A DNA stretch of 64,000 bases from the NCBI GenBank assembly GCA_965213675.1, contig OZ243916.1, forward strand, positions 800,001 through 864,000, in the 5' to 3' direction. Under the pieces are notes generated by a model. That model made no database searches, was not told the origin of the DNA, and was given only the letters and a program-made list of their open reading frames with translations. Within the stretch, counting starts at the first letter, position 1; each line of letters starts with the position of its first letter. The DNA comes from an uncultured Candidatus Binatia bacterium (GTDB lineage Bacteria > Desulfobacterota > Binatia > UBA9968 > JAJDTQ01). Positions 1-8,622 of the stretch are shown piece after piece. Made by a program: the position numbers and the translations under genes.

Positions 1-843
1 GATCAGTACCCGGTAGGCCGCCGTCGCAGTCGGCTCATTCCCGCCGCCGTTGTCCCGGTGAAAGTTGTAGGCGGCCGTCGCTTGCGTTGTAGCGTCCGCG
101 ACGTTGCAACTCGTTTGCGCGTACGCCTCGTTCGGGGCGGCAAGGCCAAGGAGCAGCGGCAGGCAGAGCAGGGCCGAGAACAGGCCGCGCCGCAGATTGC
201 GGGCGGCAGGATGGGAACCGGCAACGGCGCGGGCGGGAGAAGGATCGAAGCTGTCGGAAGAAGAAGCAGGCCGGCGGGTATCGGTGTGCCCGCCATCGGA
301 GAGGGAAGGCTCAGGACGGGAGGAAGAGCGCCTTAGGCGGCGCCACCACGAAGACGCGCGATCCGGCGATCCGGCGATCCGGCGATCCGGCGATCCGGCG
401 ATCCGGCGATCCGGCGATCCGGCGATCCGGCGATCCGGCGATCCGGCGATCCGGCGATCCGGCGATCCGGCGATCCGGCGATCCGGCGATCCGGCGATCC
501 GGCGATCCGGCGATCCGGCGATCCGGCGATCCGGCGATCCGGCGATCCGGCGATCCGGCGATCCGGCGATCCGGCGATCCGGCGATCCGGCGATCCGGCG
601 ATCCGGCGATCCGGCGATCCGGCGATCCGGCGATCCGGCGATCCGGCGATCCGGCGATCCGGCGATCCGGCGATCCGGCGATCCGGCGATCCGGCGATCC
701 GGCGATCCGGCGATCCGGCGATTATGGGTTGACTCAGGCCTTGTCAAGTCCTGAGCCAAACTATTTTCCGCGCGCCCCGCTATCTCCCCATGCCTCCTGC
801 CCAACGCCCGGATCCCATCTCGTCCTTCGTTCACCATGACCAT
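1..843 (-). CDS. Secreted/surface protein with extended N-terminus containing (RRIAGSPD)x15; 3' part runs off the window
   Basis: Hand translation: ATG at 843 with GGAGG 7 nt upstream; no stop down to position 1; reads MVMVNEGRDG...THN(RRIAGSPD)15 RASSWWRR...NLRRGLFSALLCLPLLLGLAAPNEAYA-QTSCNV..., a Sec signal-like h-region with AYA cleavage site. Not in the ORF track. Confidence 0.75.
   Translation of the reverse strand, partial: MVMVNEGRDGIRALGRRHGEIAGRAENSLAQDLTRPESTHNRRIAGSPDRRIAGSPDRRIAGSPDRRIAGSPDRRIAGSPDRRIAGSPDRRIAGSPDRRIAGSPDRRIAGSPDRRIAGSPDRRIAGSPDRRIAGSPDRRIAGSPDRRIAGSPDRRIAGSPDRASSWWRRLRRSSSRPEPSLSDGGHTDTRRPASSSDSFDPSPARAVAGSHPAARNLRRGLFSALLCLPLLLGLAAPNEAYAQTSCNVADATTQATAAYNFHRDNGGGNEPTATAAYRVLI
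361..722. repeat. Perfect simple sequence repeat (ATCCGGCG)x45 plus AT
   Basis: 360 bp of uninterrupted octamer from 361 to 720, read directly. Confidence 0.98.
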
Positions 844-1087
844 CGCATCGCCTCCGAAGCTGTTGCCCGACCCGCTGGCCCGCGCTGCCCATACCTCTGC
901 CGGTCATTGCCTGTCGCGTTTGGCGTACATTACGCCGAGTCCGGTGGAAATTCAATACGCGCGTGTTTGCATCCTCGCGACGACGGCAAGCCGGTATCGA
1001 CCGCTACGGAACCGCCGGCCGCAGCGCCGCCAGCCGTGGCTACAGGGTGTTGCGGCCCACCGCGTCGCCGGCGGCCGCGGCGTCCCG

Positions 1088-1250
1088 TTACACCCGCCTC
1101 ACTGCCCATACAACCTTGCCGAGGATGTGCGCGTCCTGGACGAGACACGAATACGGAGCATAGTCCGGGTTGGCGAAGATGAGCCTGAGGCGGGGCGGCT
1201 CGTTCCCGTCGTCGTCGGCGCCATGCAGGACCTCGACGTGTTTGGCGATG
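1088..1250 (-). pseudogene. C-terminal remnant of an S24 peptidase (LexA/CI-like repressor)
   Basis: LIAKHVEVLHG...PPRLRLIFANPDYAPYSCLVQDAHILGKVVWAVRRV resembles the S24 C-terminal pattern; no HTH or catalytic Ser region upstream; left boundary approximate. Confidence 0.6.
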
Positions 1251-1320
1251 AGGCAGGCCGGACGGGCGGTCGAAGAAGGGCTGTGTGGGGCGATTCTCGA
1301 CAAGTCGGTTCCGGCAAGGT

Positions 1321-1701
1321 TCATTCGGGCGGCCTGTTTTTGAGCGTATTCTGAAGCTTGCGGGCTTCGTCGACCAGGCGTTTGAGTCGCCCGCGGTCTC
1401 CATTGTCGATCATGTCGCCGCGTATTTTGGTTGCCATGATGTAAGTGTAACGAAAGGTGCGCATGATCAGTGGCACGAGATGGGCGGGCAGAGAGACGGG
1501 GGCGGCGTTTTCGCGGTTCCGGACGAGCGCGAGAATCTTCTTCCGTACGAACTCGGCGGGGGTGATGCCGTGGGATTGCGCGGCTTCCCGCACCTTCTTC
1601 CATTCGGAGTCGGAGAAGCGGACGCCGCGGTTCTTGCGTGCGGCATCGTGTTGCTGATCCCGGGCGTCGCCGGTTTCGGGGTCGGGGTGGTTGGCGGTCA
1701 T
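1321..1701 (-). CDS. Ribbon-helix-helix (CopG/MobC-like) DNA-binding protein
   Basis: RKNRGVRFSDSEWKKVREAAQSHGITPAEFVRKKIL fits a strand-helix-helix RHH pattern. Confidence 0.6.
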   Translation of the reverse strand: MTANHPDPETGDARDQQHDAARKNRGVRFSDSEWKKVREAAQSHGITPAEFVRKKILALVRNRENAAPVSLPAHLVPLIMRTFRYTYIMATKIRGDMIDNGDRGRLKRLVDEARKLQNTLKNRPPE

Positions 1702-1924
1702 GCTCTGGGGGCCTGGTGGCGGATCGACTCTGGGCTCGTACGGGCACCCTCGCCGATGGTGATGGTGGACCTGCCGGCGATGGTGCAGTTCTCGCTGTCC
1801 GCGACCCCGACGGGTATCGCCGCCGGTGACGGGCTACTGCTCGTGGTGAGGACGAACTGCCGGCGGCACTGCGGGGGCGGTGGGTGCCAGCGATGTCGCA
1901 CGGGTGCGAACGCACGATGCGCCC

Positions 1925-1953
1925 TTGCCTTCCTGTTGTGCTGCCCTTAGAAT
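1925..1953 (+). promoter_or_regulatory. Putative sigma70 promoter for the Calx-beta/Cys-rich gene cluster
   Basis: TTGCCT-17bp-TAGAAT about 125 bp upstream of ATG 2080. Confidence 0.5.
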
Positions 1954-2079
1954 GCGTAGCATTGGGGCTCGGCGTCGCTGATGCTGACCCGGGACTGGGG
2001 CGGTGCCGTGCGGGACTACACGCTTGGCTGGCGCCTCGCCCCCGCGGCCGGGCCCCCGAGCCCGAGAAGGAGGAAGGCC

Positions 2080-2598
2080 ATGAGACAGGAATCGAACAGG
2101 AAATCTTCATGGACCGCATGGTGCGTCGCCCTTGCCGGCGTCGTGCTGGCGGGGGGCGCCGCGCTCGCCACGCCGCAGGTGGCGCACGCCGCGGATGCCG
2201 GCGCAACCGAGGGCGACACGATGGAGTTCACGGTCACGCTCGGTGCGGCGCCGAACGGCTGGGCGGTGCGCTACAAGTACAAGACGGAAGACGGCGCAGC
2301 CGTCAAGGACGAGGATTACGAAGAGACCACCGGCACCGTGACCTTCAACTCGGGGGTCAAGGAGCAGAAGATCTCTGTGGACACGATTGACGACAGCGAT
2401 GAAGAAGACCCGGAAGTCTTCAAGCTCAAGCTCTACGACCAGGAGGTCAACGGGCTCTACCGCGGCGTCACCGGGTGGGTTACACCGACGTCCAACATCC
2501 GGTCCATGCCGAGCACGATGACGTTGAAGGGCCAGATCCAGGACAACGATCAAGCGGTCAAGGCGGGATGCGGGAACGCGGGTCAATACTGCGATTGA
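2080..2598 (+). CDS. Secreted single Calx-beta domain protein
   Basis: AGGAGG RBS; signal peptide ending AHA; EGDTMEFTVTL...YKTEDGAAVKDEDYEETTGTVTF...IDDSDEEDPEVFKLKL Calx-beta motif. Confidence 0.8.
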   Translation: MRQESNRKSSWTAWCVALAGVVLAGGAALATPQVAHAADAGATEGDTMEFTVTLGAAPNGWAVRYKYKTEDGAAVKDEDYEETTGTVTFNSGVKEQKISVDTIDDSDEEDPEVFKLKLYDQEVNGLYRGVTGWVTPTSNIRSMPSTMTLKGQIQDNDQAVKAGCGNAGQYCD

Positions 2599-2668
2599 TA
2601 CTGCTGCAAACCCGCGCCCGCCGCCGTCCATGGCGGAGAACAGCGGAGAACAAAGGGGGGCGAATGCC

Positions 2669-3004
2669 ATGAGAACCTCACACGGAACCTGTCTCCCATG
2701 TGTCCGGTTGCTCCCCCACCGGATCCTGCGCACGCTGGCGCTCGTCCTGTTGGCGCTTGCGGGCGGGCTCTTCGCCGCGCCGGAGGTCTACGCGCAGAAT
2801 ACGAGCGTGGATGCGAGCGCGAAGGAAGGCCGCAAGGTGACATTCGTGATCACCGTGACGGGATTCACCACGCGCGACAATGACGTTCGCTACTCATACC
2901 GAACGAAGGACGGCACGGCGGAGGCCGGCAAGGATTACAATTCGGCGGACAGCCATGTCACATTTCTTCGGCCACCTATCCCAAAGCGCAAAAACTCACC
3001 ATGA
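2669..3004 (+). pseudogene. Truncated secreted Calx-beta protein
   Basis: Signal peptide ending VYA-Q; EGRKVTFVITV...YRTKDGTAEAGKDY...VTF, then the domain breaks off just before the duplicated unit that starts near 3000. Confidence 0.6.
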
Positions 3005-3049
3005 CCGGTCGGATCGTCGATCAGTGACCGGGCAGAAAGGAAGGAAGCG

Positions 3050-3898
3050 ATGAAGACCGATGGAACCACGACCGGGCTGCGGGCCTCTCCCAGATCGACC
3101 GGGCCCTTGGCGATTGCCCTTGCGGCGGTCGTGCTGGCCGCCGCCCTTGCCACCGCGCCCGCCCGTGCCCAGGACGCTCCGACATATGGCGACTGTGCTA
3201 CGGCGTGGTACGAGAGCGACGCCTCCAATCATTGCCCGGCTCGCGGCACCCAATTCTGGTTTGACACCCCGAACGGAGAGTGCAGCGTCACGGCCAGGTG
3301 CCGGAAATTGAATGGCGTGCCATCGACCCAGCAAACCGTCACGGGCGATCTGGATGACATGCGCGATCTGGTGAGCTGCGACGGCAAGCTCAAAATCGGC
3401 TCTTGCCTCTCCGCTGATCAACAAACCGCCCTGGAGACAGCATGCAACGACGCGTGGGATGCCAGCGATGCCAGCCAGAGATGCGGTTCGTCCTACGGAT
3501 CCCACAGCGTGTCGACATATCAAGGCGTGCAATGTCATGTCTCGACCTCCTGCGGGACCCTGGCGGTGGCGGCGTCCTTCTACGGATCTCCCGACACTGT
3601 GAAACAGCTCGATTTCTGCAACAACGAGTTGTCCACCTCTTGCCCGACGGTCGAGAAATGCACGAACGCATGGAATGCGAGCTCGGCCAAAGCTACCTGT
3701 AACTATACCGGCCCCTACAGCACCCAGATCGGAGTGGATTCGGGGCAGTGCTCCGTAAAGACCCATTGCGAAAGACTGGTTGACGATCCATTAAATAAGG
3801 TCGGGGGAAGCATCGCAGTTGAGACCTCGTACAAGGGGGACCTGGGACAGGTGCAAAACCTCAAGAACTGCCATGGAACACTCAAGACCTCCTGCTGA
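3050..3898 (+). CDS. Secreted Cys-rich protein with three tandem 6-Cys domains (paralog 1)
   Basis: AAGGAAGG RBS; signal peptide ending ARA; 18 Cys in three repeats of C-x2-AW-x2-S-x-A-x3-C...C-x5-C...L-x2-C...L...SC. Confidence 0.85.
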   Translation: MKTDGTTTGLRASPRSTGPLAIALAAVVLAAALATAPARAQDAPTYGDCATAWYESDASNHCPARGTQFWFDTPNGECSVTARCRKLNGVPSTQQTVTGDLDDMRDLVSCDGKLKIGSCLSADQQTALETACNDAWDASDASQRCGSSYGSHSVSTYQGVQCHVSTSCGTLAVAASFYGSPDTVKQLDFCNNELSTSCPTVEKCTNAWNASSAKATCNYTGPYSTQIGVDSGQCSVKTHCERLVDDPLNKVGGSIAVETSYKGDLGQVQNLKNCHGTLKTSC

Positions 3899-3965
3899 GT
3901 TCCCGGTTTCGCGGATCGCATGACCATCGATCGGTGACCGTGACCGGGCAGAAAGGAAGGAAGCG

Positions 3966-4823
3966 ATGAAGACCGATGGAACCTCCACCGGGCTGCGGGC
4001 CTCTCCCGGATCGAACGGGCGCCTGGCGATTGCCCTTGTAGCGGTCGTGCTGGCCGCCGCCCTTGCCGCAGCCGGGCCCGCCCGCGCCCAGAACGGCCCG
4101 ACGCGGACCGAGTGCCTTGACGCGTGGGGCGAAAGCGACGCCTCCGAGCATTGTCCATTTTCCAGCAACCAGTTCTGGATGACGGCTTCGAACGGAGAGT
4201 GCAGTGTCACGACCAGGTGCCGGAAATCGGATGGCTGGGCATCGCAGATGCAAACCGTCACCGGCGATCTGGATGACATGCGCGATCTGGTGAGCTGCGA
4301 CGGCAAGCTCAAAGTCAGCTCCTGCCTCTCCGCTGCCGAACAAACCGCTTTGGCGACAGCCTGCGAGGAGGCGTGGGACGACAGCGATGCCAGCCAGAAA
4401 TGCGGTTCGTCCTATGGATCCCACAGCGTGTCGATATCAGGCCGGCAGTGTCATGTCTCGACCTCCTGCGGGACCCTGGCGGCGGCAGCGTCCTTCTACG
4501 GATCTTCCGACGATGTGAAACGGCTCGATTACTGCAACAGCGAGTTGTCCCCCTCTTGCCCCATCCCCGTAACGGTGGAGAACTGCAAGAGCGCCTGGAA
4601 TGCGAGCGATGCCAACGATACCTGTAGTGTTACAGGATATGCCGATACCAGGCCGGTCAGGGTGGATTCGGGACAATGCACCATGAGGGCCAGGTGCAGA
4701 AGATGGAGTACGTTATTCCCCGGCAACCCGGAGATCTCCCCGCGGTACGGCGATTTCAGGGGGAGTGTGGAACAGGTGGAAGCCCTCAAGAATTGCAACG
4801 GGTACCTCAAGACCTCCTGCTGA
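3966..4823 (+). CDS. Secreted Cys-rich protein with three tandem 6-Cys domains (paralog 2)
   Basis: Same RBS context, leader and 18-Cys scaffold as 3050-3898. Confidence 0.85.
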   Translation: MKTDGTSTGLRASPGSNGRLAIALVAVVLAAALAAAGPARAQNGPTRTECLDAWGESDASEHCPFSSNQFWMTASNGECSVTTRCRKSDGWASQMQTVTGDLDDMRDLVSCDGKLKVSSCLSAAEQTALATACEEAWDDSDASQKCGSSYGSHSVSISGRQCHVSTSCGTLAAAASFYGSSDDVKRLDYCNSELSPSCPIPVTVENCKSAWNASDANDTCSVTGYADTRPVRVDSGQCTMRARCRRWSTLFPGNPEISPRYGDFRGSVEQVEALKNCNGYLKTSC

Positions 4824-4857
4824 GTTCCCGGTTTCGCGGGTCGCATGACATCGATCA

Positions 4858-4892
4858 GGGCGCGGGGCCTCTTCGGCCCGGCGCCCCGGCGG
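4858..4892. terminator. GC-rich hairpin between convergent genes
   Basis: GGGCGC..GGCC-TCTTC-GGCC..GCGCCC between stops at 4823 and 4897; no U-tract. Confidence 0.35.
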
Positions 4893-4896
4893 CTTC

Positions 4897-6096
4897 CTAC
4901 TTGCCCTGGAGTCCGGCGATGGGATCGAGCCTGGAGGCTTGGTGGGCGGGCTGGAACCCGAAGAACAGGCCGACCGCCGCCGCCGTGCCGAGGCCGCTGG
5001 CCACGGAGAGCCCCGAGATCAGGAAGTCCCAGTCGGTGAAGCGGCAGATCGTCCAGGTCGCCGCCAGCCCGAGCGCGATGCCGAGTATGCCGCCTGTAAT
5101 TGTCAGGATGACGGATTCAATTAGGAACTGGCTCTTGATGTCCCGTTGCCGCGCGCCCAAGGCCCGGCGAATGGCGATTTCCGCGCGCCGCTCGGCCACG
5201 GACACGAGCATGATGTTCATGATCCCGATCCCGCCGACGATCAGCGAAATGCTGCCGACCGCGCCCAGCAACAGGGTAAAAATGCCCATCTGCGCCTCCA
5301 TCCGGGCGATCAGCTCCTTTGCGGTGACGATATCGAGGCTGAGACCGGGCGCGCGCTTGCGAAAAAACGACCGAATATCCTCCACCGCCGCCTCGTAATG
5401 GACGCCGGCGCCGGATCGGGCGACGATGACCTCGATTCCGGGGTCGGGAGTGATCCTCCGCACCGTGGTTATCGGGACGAAGACCGATTTGTCCGCTGCC
5501 ACCTGGAATGGCAGCGCATAACTCTCCGCCTTGCGGTTCAGCACGCCCACGACGGTGAAGAGAACCTCATCGACCTCGATGAGCGTCCCCAGGAGACGAT
5601 CCGCCCCCGCCGCACGCATTTTCTTCGCGACCTCGGCGCCGATGACGCACCAGTATCTGTCGGCATCCAGGTTCGAAACGAACCGGCCCTCCTGCAGCGT
5701 CAGCTTGTTCACGCTCGCGAAGGATCGGGTGACGCCCTGGACCGTGCCCCGCCCGACTTCCCGGCCGGCGAAGCGGAACGTCCCGCGCCCCGATATCCTG
5801 GGCGCCGCCTCGACGATGGACGGGACCTCCGGCGCCAGTTGCAGGGCGTCCCGGAGGCCGATCTCGACCCTTCCGGCAGTAGAGGACTTGCGTACGACAA
5901 CGATGTCGGTGCCGAGCGCCTCAAACTGCTTGCGGGCCTGCTCCTTGGCGATCTCGCCGAGCGAGACCATCGCAATGACCGAGGAGATGCCGATCATGAC
6001 GCCGACAAGACCCAGCACCGTGCGCAGCCTCGCCCGGCGCAGGCTTTCGGCCGCCTCGCGGGCATTGGCCGCAATGACCTGGAAGGTTCTCGACAT
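4897..6096 (-). CDS. MacB/FtsX-family ABC permease
   Basis: RLRTVLGLVGVMIGISSVIAMVSLG; IVGGIGIMNIMLVSVAERRAEIAIRRALGA; start placed at MSRTFQ. Confidence 0.92.
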   Translation of the reverse strand: MSRTFQVIAANAREAAESLRRARLRTVLGLVGVMIGISSVIAMVSLGEIAKEQARKQFEALGTDIVVVRKSSTAGRVEIGLRDALQLAPEVPSIVEAAPRISGRGTFRFAGREVGRGTVQGVTRSFASVNKLTLQEGRFVSNLDADRYWCVIGAEVAKKMRAAGADRLLGTLIEVDEVLFTVVGVLNRKAESYALPFQVAADKSVFVPITTVRRITPDPGIEVIVARSGAGVHYEAAVEDIRSFFRKRAPGLSLDIVTAKELIARMEAQMGIFTLLLGAVGSISLIVGGIGIMNIMLVSVAERRAEIAIRRALGARQRDIKSQFLIESVILTITGGILGIALGLAATWTICRFTDWDFLISGLSVASGLGTAAAVGLFFGFQPAHQASRLDPIAGLQGK

Positions 6097-6110
6097 GCCG
6101 GACGCCCGCG

Positions 6111-6875
6111 TCACGCCCTGGACGCTGTCACGGCGCCGGGCCCGGCCCCCGGCTCGAAGATCCTGCCGTTGCGAATGCGCGTCCGGCGCGCGCACTGGTC
6201 TGCGACCGACGGGTCGTGCGTGATAATCAGGATCGTGATGCCGCGCTCCTCGTTCAGCCGCCGTAGCAGCGCCATCACCTCGCTGGCCGTGTCGATATCC
6301 AGCGCACCGGTCGGCTCGTCGGCGAGCAGCAGTGCCGGCTCACCCACCAGCGCCCGGGCGATGGCGACCCTCTGTTTCTGTCCGCCGGAAAGCTGGTCCG
6401 GCCGGTGGCCGGTCCGGTCCGCCATACCGACGCGCTCCAGTATCTCCTGCGCGCAGCGGCGCATTTCCGGCCGCCCGGCGCCCCGATAGACCAGCGGCAG
6501 GCAGACATTCTCCAATGCGGTCAGTTGCGGCAGCAGGTGGAAGGACTGGAACACGAAGCCGATATGCCGGTTCCGGAGCGCGGACAACTCGTCGTCACGA
6601 AGCCCGGAGACATCGCGCCCGTTGAGGACGCAAGCGCCCGATGTCGGGCGGTCCAGCAGGCCGAGAATGTTCATGAGTGTCGTCTTGCCGCTGCCCGAAG
6701 GCCCCATGATCGACATCAGGTCGCCCGCATCGACCTCCAGATCGACCCCGCGCAGGACCTCCGTCGTGACCGGCCCGACCTGATAGGATCTGCGGATGTC
6801 GGTCAGCCTCAGCATCCCGCCCAGCGCCTCCCTTCGGCGCCCCCGTCCCTGCTCCGGATCATCGGACGAGGACAA
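6111..6875 (-). CDS. MacB/LolD-type ABC ATP-binding protein
   Basis: GPSGSGKTT, LSGGQKQRVAIARAL, LLADEPTGALD; real start may be the internal MLRLTD. Confidence 0.93.
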   Translation of the reverse strand: MSSSDDPEQGRGRRREALGGMLRLTDIRRSYQVGPVTTEVLRGVDLEVDAGDLMSIMGPSGSGKTTLMNILGLLDRPTSGACVLNGRDVSGLRDDELSALRNRHIGFVFQSFHLLPQLTALENVCLPLVYRGAGRPEMRRCAQEILERVGMADRTGHRPDQLSGGQKQRVAIARALVGEPALLLADEPTGALDIDTASEVMALLRRLNEERGITILIITHDPSVADQCARRTRIRNGRIFEPGAGPGAVTASRA

Positions 6876-8622
6876 TCTTGTCGCCGGGCGAAAGGCCCTT
6901 CACCACTTCGACCGAATCGAGAGTGGTGAGGCCAAGCTCGACCGCGCGCCGCGCCGCGCCGCCGCCGTCGGCGAGGACACGCAGCCAGGCCTTGCCGTTC
7001 CTCTGTTCCACTGCGCCGATGGGCACCATCAGGGCCGCCGGGCGGTGGTGGACGACGATCGTGACATAGGCCGACATGCCGACCCGCAGCCGGTCGCGCG
7101 CCTCCGCTTCCAGCCTGTTCAGCGTGACGACGACCTCGAATTGCGGCGCGCCGCGCCGCCGCGTCCTCCGATCCGCCCGCGGCGAGACGCGGGTCACGGC
7201 GCCCTCGACCTTCAGGCCGGGAAACCCGGGGCCGGTGATCCAGGCCCGCTGGCCGGCCTCCACCTTCCTCACATCCACTTCGTCCACGCTGGTGACGACG
7301 GAGAGGCGCTCCAGGTCCGCGATGCTCAGCATCAACTCTCCCTGTCCCACCGGCCTGCCCTTCGTCAGGGGCCTGGCCCTCGGGCCTTCCGCCGCCATGA
7401 CGACCCCGGCGATCGGCGCCCGGACCCGCGCCAGGTCCAGTTTCTCCTCATGCGCGCGCAGGCGGTCCTCGGCCGTCCGGGCCTCCAGACGCGCCACCCG
7501 CCGCGCCTCTTCGCCGCCTTTCGCCTTCACCGCCTCCAGCTCCCGCCGGGCCTCCTCGATATCCAGAGCCCGGTTCTGCCGCTGCCGTTGCGCATCCTCG
7601 TGCTGCGAGGCGGGAACAAGGCCCTGCTCCAGCAGGAAGGCGGTCTCGGCGAGGTGCCGCTCCGCATCGTCGAACGCGATCTTCGCCCGCCGCAAGGCCC
7701 GTCGGGCGCGCGCCATGCCGGCGCTGTTCTCCCACTCCTCGATCTCGACAAGCCGGTCATGCGCCTTGATATGCTCGACCTGGGCGCGCCTGTGGTCCGA
7801 GGCGAGTTGGCCGGTATCGAGAGCAACCAGCGGGTCGCCGGCCGCCACCCGGTCCCCGGGGACGGCATGCAATACGCTCACATGACTTTCAATGGGGCTG
7901 ACGATCTCGGCGACGCGGCCCGGCGCCAGATGGCCCCTGAGCGCGATGGTGGAGCGGAATTCGCGCGGCTGTATCGTCACGGCCGGCAGCGCGCCCGGAT
8001 TGCGGGCGTCCGCTTCCGGACCGGCAACCAGCGCCGCGGTGTCGCTGAAGAGATCCAGCGGCCGGACATACCAGGCGCCGATGGCAAGGAAGAGCACCAT
8101 CACGAAAAGCATCGCCGAGCCGCGCACCATACGCACGCGCTTCGTCATCGCCGAAAGCGCCTCGTTTCGGGCCTCGAGGTCGCGATAGGCGCCCCGGAGT
8201 TCGCCGAGCTGCGTCTCGATGACCGCCGCCTGGCGCAGCTCGGTCTCGCGCAGCTCGCGGACTTCGGTGATGTCGGAGACAACGACGATCACCGCCACCC
8301 GCTCCTCTCCCGACATCAGGCAGGACGTTGTCACGGACAGCGACCGAAGCGCCTTGCCGACCCGGACCCGCGTGACGCGCCGCGCGATGTCCCCGCGTTC
8401 GACAACCGCGTCGAAGACGATCTGGGTGAACTCGTCGAAACCCTCGAAGGCGATGAATATCTGCCCGAAGGAACGCCCGGCCGCCTCATCGGAATCGAGT
8501 CCGAACATCCGGCAGAAGGCGGCATTGGCCATCCTGACCGCGCCGTCGAAACCGACGACGATCACCCCGTCGGACAGGTTATCCAGAAGCGTGCGGTAAA
8601 TGTCGGGGTCGCGGTCCGTCAT
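6859..8622 (-). CDS. PAS-domain-fused periplasmic adaptor (MacA/HlyD-like)
   Basis: N-terminal LLDNLSDGVIVVGFDGAVRMANAAFCRMFG...VVVSDITE (PAS), coiled coil, one TM, then GDRVAAGDPL, RAPIAGVV, VDEVDVRKVEAGQ and GLSPGDKIV adaptor motifs. Confidence 0.88.
   Translation of the reverse strand: MTDRDPDIYRTLLDNLSDGVIVVGFDGAVRMANAAFCRMFGLDSDEAAGRSFGQIFIAFEGFDEFTQIVFDAVVERGDIARRVTRVRVGKALRSLSVTTSCLMSGEERVAVIVVVSDITEVRELRETELRQAAVIETQLGELRGAYRDLEARNEALSAMTKRVRMVRGSAMLFVMVLFLAIGAWYVRPLDLFSDTAALVAGPEADARNPGALPAVTIQPREFRSTIALRGHLAPGRVAEIVSPIESHVSVLHAVPGDRVAAGDPLVALDTGQLASDHRRAQVEHIKAHDRLVEIEEWENSAGMARARRALRRAKIAFDDAERHLAETAFLLEQGLVPASQHEDAQRQRQNRALDIEEARRELEAVKAKGGEEARRVARLEARTAEDRLRAHEEKLDLARVRAPIAGVVMAAEGPRARPLTKGRPVGQGELMLSIADLERLSVVTSVDEVDVRKVEAGQRAWITGPGFPGLKVEGAVTRVSPRADRRTRRRGAPQFEVVVTLNRLEAEARDRLRVGMSAYVTIVVHHRPAALMVPIGAVEQRNGKAWLRVLADGGGAARRAVELGLTTLDSVEVVKGLSPGDKIVLVR

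Larger units (their letters stand above)
3025..4857 (+). repeat. Tandem duplication of a ~915 bp gene unit
   Basis: TGACCGGGCAGAAAGGAAGGAAGCGATGAAGACCGATGGAACC at ~3025 and ~3941; CTCAAGACCTCCTGCTGAGTTCCCGGTTTCGCGG at ~3881 and ~4806. Confidence 0.9.

Noticed and set aside
361-720. Possible CRISPR array
   Set aside because: Pure 8-bp tandem repeat with no spacers, and no cas genes in the window.
729-747. TTGAC-N9-GTCAA palindrome as a regulator site
   Set aside because: Lies inside the inferred coding frame, is a single instance, and its spacing does not match FNR/CRP.
104-754. Plus-strand ORF encoding (SGDPAIRR)n
   Set aside because: Antisense shadow of the repeat; TTG start without RBS. 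The minus frame has an RBS and a signal peptide.
1755-1880. Fragment resembling a surface-protein strand (VQFSLSATPTGIAAGD)
   Set aside because: Too short and degenerate to support a call.
3050-4823. Diversity-generating retroelement TR/VR pair
   Set aside because: Differences are not adenine-specific, both copies are full genes, and no reverse transcriptase is present.
3050-4823. RiPP precursor cluster
   Set aside because: The proteins are about 280 aa with Sec signals; no modifying enzymes or C39 peptidase transporter are adjacent.
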